A program made the translations under genes and the position numbers. 64,000 nucleotides of DNA, from the IMG/VR virus record IMGVR_UViG_3300033757_000347, one strand, 5' to 3'. Below the pieces are notes generated by a model that was not told where the DNA came from, searched no databases, and saw only the letters and a program-made list of their open reading frames with translations. This document shows, one piece after another, positions 1 to 9,155 of this stretch (positions within the stretch are counted from its first letter, which is position 1; every line of letters starts with the position of its first letter). This DNA comes from a virus. Lineage: Duplodnaviria > Caudoviricetes.

Positions 1-464
1 CAGTAGGAAAAAAACCCTACGAATGGTTCGACGATCCAAAGTCTCTCGAAAATCACGAAACCGTATTTCCGATTCTCAACACGATCGAAAAGACTTGGGG
101 AGAGAACTCCAAGTACGAGAATTACCTCATCACTCACAGGGTTCTTGCGTGCAAGGAAGCAATCCTAAAGCTTCTCGATAAGAGCGCTTGCCTCTTTCAC
201 AGGGTTTACTTTCTCGGAAGAGAGGAATCCAAAGCAATGAAGCTTCTCGAGATCTTGGACATGAACCCTCAAGCAAAATCCTTGACCATATACGAGGATT
301 CCATGTGGGAAATCATACAGTACGCGCAAATTTTAGCAGACGAAGCACCGGAATTGGAGATCAATTTCGTTTTCGTTGATAAAAGTAAAGTAATAAAACT
401 GAGCTTAGCCTCAGTCGTCCCGCTTTGCGATTACAAGGACGTTGAAAGAATCAGATTATTATGA
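1..464 (+). CDS. HAD-superfamily phosphatase-like protein (5'-partial)
   Basis: The frame of ORF 237..464 is open back to the window start (VGKKPYEWFDDPKSL...YLITHR...IYEDS). LITHR and IYEDS resemble HAD motifs II and IV of Pnkp/RNA-repair-type HADs. Motif I lies outside the window. Confidence 0.5.
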   Translation, partial: VGKKPYEWFDDPKSLENHETVFPILNTIEKTWGENSKYENYLITHRVLACKEAILKLLDKSACLFHRVYFLGREESKAMKLLEILDMNPQAKSLTIYEDSMWEIIQYAQILADEAPELEINFVFVDKSKVIKLSLASVVPLCDYKDVERIRLL

Positions 465-1105
465 TACTATTCGTAGAAGGTCCGCGAGCATGCGGCAAGA
501 CTTACCTGATAAACGACTTGCTAGAGTCGGTAAACTTGGAATTGCTCAAGAGCCCGGAAAAGTTCGACACGGATCCGGACATTGAATACTACAAGTTCTA
601 CTTTGCAAATCACATTAGAACTTTAGGCTTGCACGACATTGACAACACGCCAGCTCTTCACTATTTCAGCTTGGGTAACATCATGACCATTCTCGAAATG
701 AACCAACAACCTCAGTACAGAGATAAGATCTGGATCTTCGATAGAGCCATCATCTCTGCTTACGTTTGGGCAGTCTTGAGGCAACGTTTGCTTCCAACGA
801 GAGCAAGACAAGAGTACGAAGCTTTGCTGTCGTCCGACCTCTATCGAAACTGCAAGACGATAATGATCACGGTAAACCAGGATCGCAGAGACCAGGATCT
901 AGCCAGAAACAAGGACGTTTTCGATGGAGCTCACTCCACCGACGAGGAACTTCACCAGTTCGGGCACTTCTTGGAGTTCGGAAAGGACCAGTTAGCTGAC
1001 CCAGCTAGAAAAAATGGTATCTCATTCATCACCAACAACTTTGACCAAGAATCGGTTGACCGTTTCGTAGCTGAAGGTAAAAAGCTTTTAGGCATCTCGG
1101 CTTAA
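461..1105 (+). CDS. P-loop nucleoside monophosphate kinase (thymidylate-kinase-like)
   Basis: Walker A EGPRACGKT and the FDRAIIS (DRxxxS) motif. Confidence 0.7.
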   Translation: MILFVEGPRACGKTYLINDLLESVNLELLKSPEKFDTDPDIEYYKFYFANHIRTLGLHDIDNTPALHYFSLGNIMTILEMNQQPQYRDKIWIFDRAIISAYVWAVLRQRLLPTRARQEYEALLSSDLYRNCKTIMITVNQDRRDQDLARNKDVFDGAHSTDEELHQFGHFLEFGKDQLADPARKNGISFITNNFDQESVDRFVAEGKKLLGISA

Positions 1106-1131
1106 TAAATAACAAAAATAGTCAAAATGAG

Positions 1132-1686
1132 ATGCTTAAAAAGTTCACGAAAGATTTCGGAGAATTTGTAAACGAATCCGTTGAATCCGATTCCAGAGGA
1201 TTACCTCTTTCTGAGTTCATGCCGCTCTTCTCTGAGTTGGTCATGATGTGCCCTAATTTGGAAGAATTTACTTATGCTAGCGACATACATGGACACGCTA
1301 GCCGCGTTATCGAACTCAGCAGAAATGGAAAAACTGGGGAACCGTGGATGTTCACCAAAGAATCAGGTTTAGCTGAGATGGAAAAACACCTGAAAGGAAT
1401 CGAAGATTTTTACGAAAAGCATTACGAGGGAAAAGACACTCCGGTTTTCTACGTTTGGACAGTAATCACTAGAGGATTAGGTTACAATCAATTGGAAAAG
1501 AGGCTTAAGGAAGTAGGTGGAATGCCAAAATCTCAGGATTTTAGGCTTCCTCAGCTTATCGACTTGTTGAAAAGCGATCAAGTGTTGAGAGACGCGGTCG
1601 TCAGAATAAATTCCTCTTTGGATTCAATCTCTTCTACTGAATTTGGCAAAGCAATGAGTAGAGGCGACTTTGGCCCACTAGACTAA
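1132..1686 (+). CDS. hypothetical protein with N-terminal FGEFVNE motif (possible virion protein)
   Basis: 184 aa ORF downstream of the AATAAATA late-type motif at ~1104. Confidence 0.6.
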   Translation: MLKKFTKDFGEFVNESVESDSRGLPLSEFMPLFSELVMMCPNLEEFTYASDIHGHASRVIELSRNGKTGEPWMFTKESGLAEMEKHLKGIEDFYEKHYEGKDTPVFYVWTVITRGLGYNQLEKRLKEVGGMPKSQDFRLPQLIDLLKSDQVLRDAVVRINSSLDSISSTEFGKAMSRGDFGPLD

Positions 1687-1699
1687 CAAAATTAAAAGC

Positions 1700-3835
1700 A
1701 TGGCAGGTTTATCGCATTTAAAGGACGTCTTAGACAAATACGGAAAAGACTTCGTCGACAACTTACTCAACAAGACGGTCATCGTAAACGAGAAGATGGA
1801 CGGAGCGTTTTTCGGTTTGATGAAGGACGATCATGGAAAGATAGAGTACTTCAAAAGAAACGGCCCAATATCGTACGTGGACAGAGTCCTTAGCAAGTAC
1901 TTTGAGCCTGCTATTTCCTACCTGGAAAGTAAGAAGAGCGAGATCGCTCCGAACATTCCGCCGAATTACTACTTCGGAATGGAATACTTTTCCGACAAAA
2001 AACCGCAGACCATATCCTACGACAACCTTCCGAAGAATCACTTGATCTTGAGTTACATACACATTCTCAAGAAAAACGGAGAGGTAAAGGAAACAATACA
2101 GAGCAGGGAAGAGCTCAACAAATGGGCAGACGTTTTAGGAATAGAACGACCTCCGATCATCTTCCAGGGCAAGCTAAGCCCAGAGCAAAAGAAGCAGATA
2201 CACGAATTCATATACACGCCGTTTGATGAGTTAGTAGAAAAATTCAAGACGACTTCTTTCACTAGGTACATAGTTTCAGTCCTCAACCCATCAATGGAAA
2301 AATCGTTCCTTCAGGATTCTTTAGACAAGGACATTGAGGGAATCGTTTTCAGGTTTTACGATGATTCGGCTAGAGGAGAAGAACCTGTGTTCTTGGCCAA
2401 GCTGATAGATCCTACCTTCCAGGAAGGAGCAAAGAAAAGATCGGCAGAAGATCGCAAGAAGAGCGATGATTACATCTGGATCATCGTGATCGACCTAATG
2501 AACTTCATCGAGCAGTATTCGGTTAGCGAGCTGAGAGAAATTCCTATGAAGGGCGAGACCTATGAGGAACGGTATGTGTCCCTGGTCAATCACATATACT
2601 TGGAATTCGTAAAGGAATTTGGCGAGAAGTACAGGGACTTAGACATTCAGATACCTGATTTTCTGCAAAGAGACGATTTCAACGTGAACTTCGGCCTCAT
2701 CGACAATCCTAGAGTAACATCGATGATCGAATCCAACCCTAATTTCAAGGAAATTTACAGGGTCTTCATCAACATGTTCAGAAAGAAAAAGATCAAGGTA
2801 AGTTCATCGTTCTTCACAAAAGAGATGAAAGAGAACCTTAACGACCAGATCGACAAAATTAGCAGAGTAATCATGGGAGATTCAATCTACGAAAATTACT
2901 TCCCAACGTTCAAAGAATTCGTCGGCGAAGAAAAGGATCCGGGCTACTTTGAGACATTCAAGCAGGTAGAGGATAGGAAAACTAAACCCGTAAACTTGAT
3001 CATCTCTGACTTTCAACCTATACACCCAGGACACATAAAATCAGCGCAGAGCTTGTTCAACGAGAACGGTCTTCCGTGCTTGTTAGTGTGCGTCCACCCA
3101 GGAAACACAAGCAAAGCTAGACCTTTCAAGAAAGAAACAGTCATAAACGGTCTGCAGAGACTTGCGAACGTTCACCGCAGTTTCATAGAAGGTTACGTTA
3201 TCGTTTCCGACGGAGAAGTGGAAAGCTTGCTAAAGACGATAAAGCCTAACTACGAACCCAACATCATAGCAGCCAACCGGAGTAGAATAAGAGACTTAGC
3301 TCTGCAGATAGAGCTTGCTAAGAAACGATCCAGAAACCTAAACTTGAAAAAGGACCTTAGGTTGATGGAACTTCCGTCCGCTGGCATAAAGGACGTCATA
3401 ATGAACACTGTCAAGAACGGAGATTACGCAGGATTCAAGTCAGCAGCTCCGCAGGAGATACACTCGGACTTTTACAGCATGAACCAGGACCTGATGGAGA
3501 AATTGAACGAATCACTTTCGCGGTTCAGTTCTCCAGGAATTTCGGTGATTGAGACCGACGAATCGTCTCAGTTGATCAACGAATCGATCGATCCCATCCT
3601 AAACGTTGAAACTGCAGAAGAGGACGATGTTCAGCAAGTAATAGTTCTATCCGAAAAGGACCAAGAGCTGTTAAAGGAAGCAAAGAAGTACGAAGAAGAG
3701 CGCAATCGCTCAATCGCAGAAGCTGTGAAAATAGCTAACGAACACCCAGAGGATCCTGGGCTATGGCCAAGTTACACTCAAATGACAAAGATGGGACCAG
3801 GTACTTCAGGTACTTCCGGAACAGCCCACACCTAA
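1700..3835 (+). CDS. ATP-dependent (RNA) ligase domain fused to HIGH-superfamily nucleotidyltransferase domain
   Basis: Ligase motifs I NEKMDG, III GMEYF, IV IEGIVFRF and V LAKLI. The C-terminal domain has FQPIHPGH (HxGH) and RPF. Confidence 0.7.
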   Translation: MAGLSHLKDVLDKYGKDFVDNLLNKTVIVNEKMDGAFFGLMKDDHGKIEYFKRNGPISYVDRVLSKYFEPAISYLESKKSEIAPNIPPNYYFGMEYFSDKKPQTISYDNLPKNHLILSYIHILKKNGEVKETIQSREELNKWADVLGIERPPIIFQGKLSPEQKKQIHEFIYTPFDELVEKFKTTSFTRYIVSVLNPSMEKSFLQDSLDKDIEGIVFRFYDDSARGEEPVFLAKLIDPTFQEGAKKRSAEDRKKSDDYIWIIVIDLMNFIEQYSVSELREIPMKGETYEERYVSLVNHIYLEFVKEFGEKYRDLDIQIPDFLQRDDFNVNFGLIDNPRVTSMIESNPNFKEIYRVFINMFRKKKIKVSSSFFTKEMKENLNDQIDKISRVIMGDSIYENYFPTFKEFVGEEKDPGYFETFKQVEDRKTKPVNLIISDFQPIHPGHIKSAQSLFNENGLPCLLVCVHPGNTSKARPFKKETVINGLQRLANVHRSFIEGYVIVSDGEVESLLKTIKPNYEPNIIAANRSRIRDLALQIELAKKRSRNLNLKKDLRLMELPSAGIKDVIMNTVKNGDYAGFKSAAPQEIHSDFYSMNQDLMEKLNESLSRFSSPGISVIETDESSQLINESIDPILNVETAEEDDVQQVIVLSEKDQELLKEAKKYEEERNRSIAEAVKIANEHPEDPGLWPSYTQMTKMGPGTSGTSGTAHT

Positions 3836-3842
3836 TAAAAGC

Positions 3843-3869
3843 AAAAAAGCTCCTTTCGGAGCTTTTTTT
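3843..3869. terminator. bidirectional intrinsic terminator
   Basis: AAAAAAGCTCC-TTTC-GGAGCTTTTTTT between convergent genes. Confidence 0.85.
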
Positions 3870-3889
3870 ATGCAGTTTTACACGAACCT

Positions 3890-5464
3890 TTAGAATAAAG
3901 TAGTGAACTCGCCGTTGATGAAATTCAGGTGCTGAGCCTTTCCGTCCTCGTGAACGATCACGTGAGACTGAAGCCAGCTGCTAGGGCCAATGTTGTAATT
4001 TACTCTGAGCTTGGTCGAAGTGCCGACTGCTAAAGCTCCATCCTTTCTTCCAGGAGAATGATAGTGACCAACAATGATCTTCGTGTTAAGGTTTCTGTAC
4101 TGAGACAGGGAACCGTACGTTCCGTTGGTTCCGATATCACCGTGCTGAGCAAGTTCCCAGTCCTTTATGATGAAACTATCGTTTCTATCGAGAGTTACGA
4201 AATTCGGAAATCTCTGCTTGATGATGTATGGAATGACTCCGTTCTTAGCTTTTCCGCTGAGAATCAGAGCTGCATACTCCATGTACTCTAGAGAATTCTT
4301 CAGAGTTCCGGCTTTTCTCCAATCTGAGGTCTGCAACCACCTATCGAGAAAATCGTCGTGATTTCCTCTGACAATTACTGTCGTAAAGTCGTTGCTGTCA
4401 AAGTCTTCCAGCCCTTCAAGAAGCGCCTCAACCTCGTCTTTCAGAGAATTTGTGCCGTTCATCTCTCGTTCGTACTGAACGAAAGGATTCTTCATGTCAT
4501 GGTGATTTATGGAAAGTCCATCGAACACATCGTGAAGAACGACGTGTTTTGGTTTCATCACGTTAAAGAAATCGAGAGTCTTGTCGATGATCTCCTGGTC
4601 GTGCTGGCCGAAGTGTATGTCACCGAATATGATGGCTGCTATCGTGTCCACCTTCTTTACTGTGCTGACCTTGAATTCTTCGTCGTACTCGACTTTGCTG
4701 TTCAGGTCGGTGAAGTTACCGTTATCGGTGGCAGTGATCTGCCTTACGAAGAAAGTATCATCGTCCTTGATCTCAATGATGACAAAACCTAACGTGTGGT
4801 GGAACTCGCCTTTCTTTCCAGATTTCGAATCTGTGTAGTTCTTTACCGTGCACGCGCCGGTCGTTACCATTATCTTAGGAAGGTTACCTTCCAGGACCGG
4901 AACGGTTTCCATCTGAACTTTTGGCGACCCGAACACGCAGGAGTGAACTCCTGTTAAACCACGAAGACCCGTCATCGGGTCAGTTGCAGTAGGTTGGATC
5001 TTGATGTCTGACATTATCCACATGTTCTTGTGGACGTTGTGCCGGTTAGCGTCGAGGTATTCCTCGATCTTTTCGTCCCACGTATCGTAATTCTTATCGG
5101 TGAATACTGATGTTGGGTTCTTGTACCGTCCTGCTATCACGTGAATGTCCGCGTTTATGTGCTCGGCGTACTTTTCGAGGTTAGAAACGAACGCTTCGTG
5201 AATCGGAGTGTCGTTCTGAGCCCAGGTGATGAGGAACCGCTTTTTAGTGCTCAACTGGCGTTCTTTTGCCTTTATGAGCTGAGGGGATTCTACCATAGCT
5301 TTTTCGGTTAAGCCTAACCGAGCCAACCACTTGGACACGGTTCGTTCCGATTTGTTTAGGTAGCTGCTTAATCTGTTCATTCGTTCATCCCAGCTGAGAG
5401 TAGGGTGCCAGTATATGGCTTTGATGTCTGAGATGTTCTCTTGGGTTAGATCTTCAAATTTCAT
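3890..5464 (-). CDS. T5 A1-like metallophosphoesterase/nuclease with N-terminal HTH
   Basis: Calcineurin-like motifs GDIHFG, HDVFDG, RGNHD, QHGD and GHYHS. The TTGACT..NY...K.G.K.EFHH block resembles the A1 family. Confidence 0.7.
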   Translation of the reverse strand: MKFEDLTQENISDIKAIYWHPTLSWDERMNRLSSYLNKSERTVSKWLARLGLTEKAMVESPQLIKAKERQLSTKKRFLITWAQNDTPIHEAFVSNLEKYAEHINADIHVIAGRYKNPTSVFTDKNYDTWDEKIEEYLDANRHNVHKNMWIMSDIKIQPTATDPMTGLRGLTGVHSCVFGSPKVQMETVPVLEGNLPKIMVTTGACTVKNYTDSKSGKKGEFHHTLGFVIIEIKDDDTFFVRQITATDNGNFTDLNSKVEYDEEFKVSTVKKVDTIAAIIFGDIHFGQHDQEIIDKTLDFFNVMKPKHVVLHDVFDGLSINHHDMKNPFVQYEREMNGTNSLKDEVEALLEGLEDFDSNDFTTVIVRGNHDDFLDRWLQTSDWRKAGTLKNSLEYMEYAALILSGKAKNGVIPYIIKQRFPNFVTLDRNDSFIIKDWELAQHGDIGTNGTYGSLSQYRNLNTKIIVGHYHSPGRKDGALAVGTSTKLRVNYNIGPSSWLQSHVIVHEDGKAQHLNFINGEFTTLF

Positions 5465-5567
5465 CAAATCTAGGTTATTACAGTTTAATGTATCTATATT
5501 TTACACGTATGCCATATAAAGTTTTGGGCACACTTTCTTCCAAGAATATCAGAATAAATAACCAAGT

Positions 5568-5753
5568 ATGGAAAAGACTCACCAGAATTACAAGAACTAC
5601 CGAGCAGGAAAAGAACCGCTTAAGAATGCAGTTCTGCAGCACCCAGAAGGAAACAGCGTTTACGATTACCTCAAGAGTAAAGTAAACCGGGATCTTTGGG
5701 TTATTCCGTTTGGCAGGTGGGAGAAGAAACAAAAAAAGCTCAGGTCAAGATGA
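5568..5753 (+). CDS. small basic hypothetical protein
   Basis: Follows an AATAAATA motif. Its stop overlaps the next start (ATGA). Confidence 0.55.
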   Translation: MEKTHQNYKNYRAGKEPLKNAVLQHPEGNSVYDYLKSKVNRDLWVIPFGRWEKKQKKLRSR

Positions 5754-6235
5754 TCGAAATCGAACAAATGCCGACTTTTCCGATAGAGCCGGAAGAAACC
5801 CAAGAAGTCGTAGCTGACGTTACAACTCCGCCAGCTGAGCAGGTAACCGAAGAAACCACAGTTGCTGAATTCATGCTATCGCTGTTTCAAATAGCCGATC
5901 AAGCGAAAATAATTCACCTGCAAACAGATTCTGACACCGAGCACCGTCACTTTGGCTTGTTCTACGACACGTTCACCGACCAGTTAGATGCTCTCATCGA
6001 GGGAATCGCTGGAAAGTACGGAGCCCAAACTCTTAAGTTTGGTCAAGCTCAGATCGTTCTGTACGACCGGGAAGAAGCGATTCAGATCTTCTTCGAAGTA
6101 GTTGACCAGACTTTGAGAATGAAGTTTGCTTCCCTGTTCGATAGGGAAGCGGATTCGGAACTGTACAACATGGTCGACGAGATGATCACTCTCAAGAACA
6201 AAGTGCAGTACCTTCTGCAGATGAAAAGAAACTAA
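5750..6235 (+). CDS. ferritin/Dps-like four-helix protein (DUF5856-like)
   Basis: HLQT...EHRHFG.FYD....QLD.LIE...GKYG pattern. The start was moved to ATG 5750, coupled to the upstream stop. Confidence 0.7.
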   Translation: MIEIEQMPTFPIEPEETQEVVADVTTPPAEQVTEETTVAEFMLSLFQIADQAKIIHLQTDSDTEHRHFGLFYDTFTDQLDALIEGIAGKYGAQTLKFGQAQIVLYDREEAIQIFFEVVDQTLRMKFASLFDREADSELYNMVDEMITLKNKVQYLLQMKRN

Positions 6236-6241
6236 TCGCGA

Positions 6242-7861
6242 ATGTTCAAAGTAAGAAAGTTTCAACAGTTCGAAAATTTGCTGCTGGAAGCAGACATCAT
6301 CAGGTTCGAAGATCAATTTTCTGGCATAAACCAGGATTTTCGTCACGGTTCAGGAAACGATAGTCAGGAAGAGGACGGCGATCCGAATGCGGAAGCTTGG
6401 AAGAGGTTAGATTACCTCATAGACATGCTTTTGGACAGAGGAATTGTTGACTTGGAACAGGCACTGAAGGATCCGATCTACCAGAAAGAATTTGGATCGG
6501 TTAGGGGAATGGAAATATCTACCGCTTACTTGGAGTACTGCCGAAAAAAGATACGCAGGCTCAGCATACAGCTGGACGAGGAATTCAAAAAAGAGGACCG
6601 TGACGTTGAAGCGATTCAGAGAATCGCAGCAGAACGGATCCAAGTAGCAGCAAGAGTTCAAGCTCTTGAAAGAATTTACGAAGCTTTCAAACTTTTGAGG
6701 CAGGAAGAGTTAGACAGGATAGCGGATGAAGTGCTTAAGAAAGTAGCTAGCATAAAGGATGAAGTTTCCTCGCAGAACGATAACACCATCGTGGAAGTAG
6801 GAAAGCTCATCCAGCCAGAAATGGCACAGATACTGGATTCTGACACTCAGCAGGAAGGAAAAGAACACAGCGCAGCTAAAGTGATAACCACTCTCATCGC
6901 GTTGGAAAAGGTTCTACCCTTTTACGGAGAAGAAACCAAAGCTTCTGCCGAAAAAGCAAAGGAAACTGTAGAGAAAACCATAAAGGATAAGATCGGAGAG
7001 GAACGGTACCAAACGCTGTACAGAACGATCCTATCCAACGACCAGGAGGTACAGATCCTCAAGAGAATACTGAACCTTCGACACCAGAACTTTACTAGCG
7101 AGCAAGATATTTTGAAGGAGATTGATAGCATCAAGATCTCGATAAACGGTCTGGAAGGAGTTCGAAACGGTCGCCCTCTGTCTAAACCGGAAGTCATAGA
7201 ATTCCTAAAAAAGACCCTCACCGAAGAAGCCAAGTACGTTCTAGAAAGAGCTAGGGAAAAGACAATAACTTTAAAAGACGCTAAGGGCATTCACTTCGAC
7301 TTTAGAACGAAGCTGAAACTTCACGAAGCGGTCGACCTTCCTGTGACAGGAAAACAGATAGCTGACGCTACCTGGCTGATGAAATTTAGGAAGAGATTCA
7401 CGTACATAATGAACCTTCTTCCGGTAGGCCAGACTCCGGTAACTCCAGCTGGACAAGCTTGGGCAAACCTAGGAAAGCAGACTCACAAGCTCTACGCTAT
7501 CGCTCTAAACAGCGCTGGCAAGTTCATCGGAAAGATGCTAAAGGGCCGCGAAGGTCAGATGAAAGGCGATGCAGTTACTCGACTGTTCATTCCGGACACG
7601 GGCGTTCTTGACGAACCTGGTCCGTTAGCGTCGAACGCTGTTTCGGAAGAAGTAGCTCCTGGAGTTTCGATGCAGGTCCCAGGTTCTATAGGTTCAATGG
7701 GCCCAATCGTTCCACCTACCGAAAATTCGATAGGCTCCGGAGATAATTTTAATCCAAAGAAGAAAAAGAAGAAAAGAAGAAGCGTTTACGAGGAAAGGAT
7801 GCAGATCATGAACTTCGACGCGTTCGTATCGAAAAATAACAGAATCGGAAATGGCATTTGA
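6242..7861 (+). CDS. hypothetical helical protein (possible virion protein)
   Basis: 539 aa ORF with N-terminal KFQQFENLLLE and C-terminal MNFDAFV motifs. Confidence 0.7.
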   Translation: MFKVRKFQQFENLLLEADIIRFEDQFSGINQDFRHGSGNDSQEEDGDPNAEAWKRLDYLIDMLLDRGIVDLEQALKDPIYQKEFGSVRGMEISTAYLEYCRKKIRRLSIQLDEEFKKEDRDVEAIQRIAAERIQVAARVQALERIYEAFKLLRQEELDRIADEVLKKVASIKDEVSSQNDNTIVEVGKLIQPEMAQILDSDTQQEGKEHSAAKVITTLIALEKVLPFYGEETKASAEKAKETVEKTIKDKIGEERYQTLYRTILSNDQEVQILKRILNLRHQNFTSEQDILKEIDSIKISINGLEGVRNGRPLSKPEVIEFLKKTLTEEAKYVLERAREKTITLKDAKGIHFDFRTKLKLHEAVDLPVTGKQIADATWLMKFRKRFTYIMNLLPVGQTPVTPAGQAWANLGKQTHKLYAIALNSAGKFIGKMLKGREGQMKGDAVTRLFIPDTGVLDEPGPLASNAVSEEVAPGVSMQVPGSIGSMGPIVPPTENSIGSGDNFNPKKKKKKRRSVYEERMQIMNFDAFVSKNNRIGNGI

Positions 7862-8564
7862 ACTCGGAGATAAAGTGATGGTCAGAGCAAACTCGGACGA
7901 GTTGGAAAGCGATCTCTTTCAAGCTATCGACGGAGTTCGTGCTGAGATAACTGAAATCTACTCTACCGACTACGAACCGGACGTTAAACGTTACGAAGTC
8001 ACTCTTGAGAATCCGGTGGAAATAAACGGGGAAAGATTGGCTGTCGTTCCGGGTTTGTACGAGGATAACTTGGAAAAAGCTGAAGGAAAGAAAAAACAGC
8101 TTTCGGAAAACAGAGCTGTTACTAAATTTGCACTGTTCGAAAACAAGATGGAAGAGTCTTCGTGGTATTACGGTTTAGCAGACTGTCACGGAATAGAATC
8201 GTTCATAAAGGAACCTGACGAAGCAAAGGACTGGACTGATTTTGAGGAACTGTTTACAGTTGGTGTTCTTTCGATCGATCCAACCGAACTTCCTGGGAAA
8301 AGAGCGTACAACACGCAGATCGGAATGATCATCAGACGAGCAAAAGCTAACATTCAAAGGTTTCCTGTTGTGTACAGAGCAAAGTTAAAGGGAAGCGATG
8401 CCATGGTAATCGACCGAATGCTAAACAAGGGACTGTACGAGGAAGCTCTGGTCTACCTTAAGGAAAAATCCGAGCACACTCAGTTGGCTAAGAGGCTGGG
8501 CGGAATGAACGCCGAACGTAATTGGGAAAAGATCCCTAACCCTGAGCTGGATCCAATGTATTAG
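7851..8564 (+). CDS. hypothetical protein with SH3-like N-terminus
   Basis: 237 aa ORF. The start FELGDKVMV resembles SH3/KOW folds, and there is an internal KFALFE motif. Confidence 0.6.
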   Translation: MAFELGDKVMVRANSDELESDLFQAIDGVRAEITEIYSTDYEPDVKRYEVTLENPVEINGERLAVVPGLYEDNLEKAEGKKKQLSENRAVTKFALFENKMEESSWYYGLADCHGIESFIKEPDEAKDWTDFEELFTVGVLSIDPTELPGKRAYNTQIGMIIRRAKANIQRFPVVYRAKLKGSDAMVIDRMLNKGLYEEALVYLKEKSEHTQLAKRLGGMNAERNWEKIPNPELDPMY

Positions 8565-8681
8565 GATCACCCAGAAATGATGCTCTTTTGAGTTAATGAT
8601 AACATAAGAACCTATTTTTAGGTTCACCTGAGTTCATCCTACCATTTGGAGGAAGGAAATCGAAAGACGCCGGCCTAGAAG

Positions 8682-8930
8682 CTAGGCGTTTTTTGCTTGG
8701 CCAGTTTTCCGGCTATAGTGAACTACCCACCCACGCCATAGGCGATGGGTTAGGCTTCTGACTAACGCACGAAAAGTTTTTAGATCAGTGGTGCTAACAA
8801 TTACAGGTCGTATCTGTCCAAACTTTTTGATGGACGTTTTTAACTTACTGAAATAATACGGATCTTCTTGTTTGTGCGTATTCAGTTGTATAGAATCTAT
8901 GGGTACATAAAGTAGTTTTGTCTCTATCAT
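8682..8930 (-). pseudogene. truncated ParB/Srx-like N-terminal fragment, read into the IS right end
   Basis: VPIDSIQLN...KLKTSIKKFGQIRPVIV resembles a ParB N-terminus. The DGxxR motif is missing, and the C-terminus is encoded by the IS right-end hairpin. Confidence 0.55.
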
Positions 8931-8943
8931 ATCTTTTCTGTTT

Positions 8944-8978
8944 ATCTACATTAGTAGAAATCTTAATGTGTTCCTAAC
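8944..8978 (-). CRISPR. solitary Cas12a (type V-A)-like direct repeat, no array
   Basis: Minus strand reads GTTAGGAACACATTAAGATTTCTACTAATGTAGAT (35 nt). It has a GT start and the ATTTCTACT-nnn-GTAGAT stem characteristic of Cas12a repeats. Only one copy was seen. Confidence 0.7.
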
Positions 8979-9117
8979 GTGAACTACCTATTGGCTAAAT
9001 ACCAATGGGCTTCGTGCTTCACAGCAACTTGCTTACTGCTCCGAAGAGTTAGAAGTCTTATTGTCGCTCCACACGTGTACTCGCAAGTCCCTTACGAGGT
9101 TTTAATGTCTTGTACTG
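8979..9117 (-). ncRNA. orphan TnpB-type omegaRNA (reRNA) scaffold
   Basis: The sequence ...GGGACTTGCGAGTACACGTGTGGAG...AATAAGAC...TGAAGCACGAAGCCCA...GTAGTTCAC resembles the 3' region of tnpB elements and sits directly behind a promoter. The 5' boundary is approximate. Confidence 0.6.
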
Positions 9118-9123
9118 ACAATG

Positions 9124-9155
9124 CAAATATACAACTTTTAATTTGAACTACCAAA
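9124..9155 (-). promoter_or_regulatory. Bacteroidota housekeeping-type promoter (-33/-7)
   Basis: TTTG-N20-TATATTTG on the minus strand matches the TTTG-N19-21-TAnnTTTG consensus. Confidence 0.75.

Noticed and set aside
8944-8978. CRISPR array
   Set aside because: Only one repeat copy was found and there are no cas genes, so it is reported as a solitary repeat.
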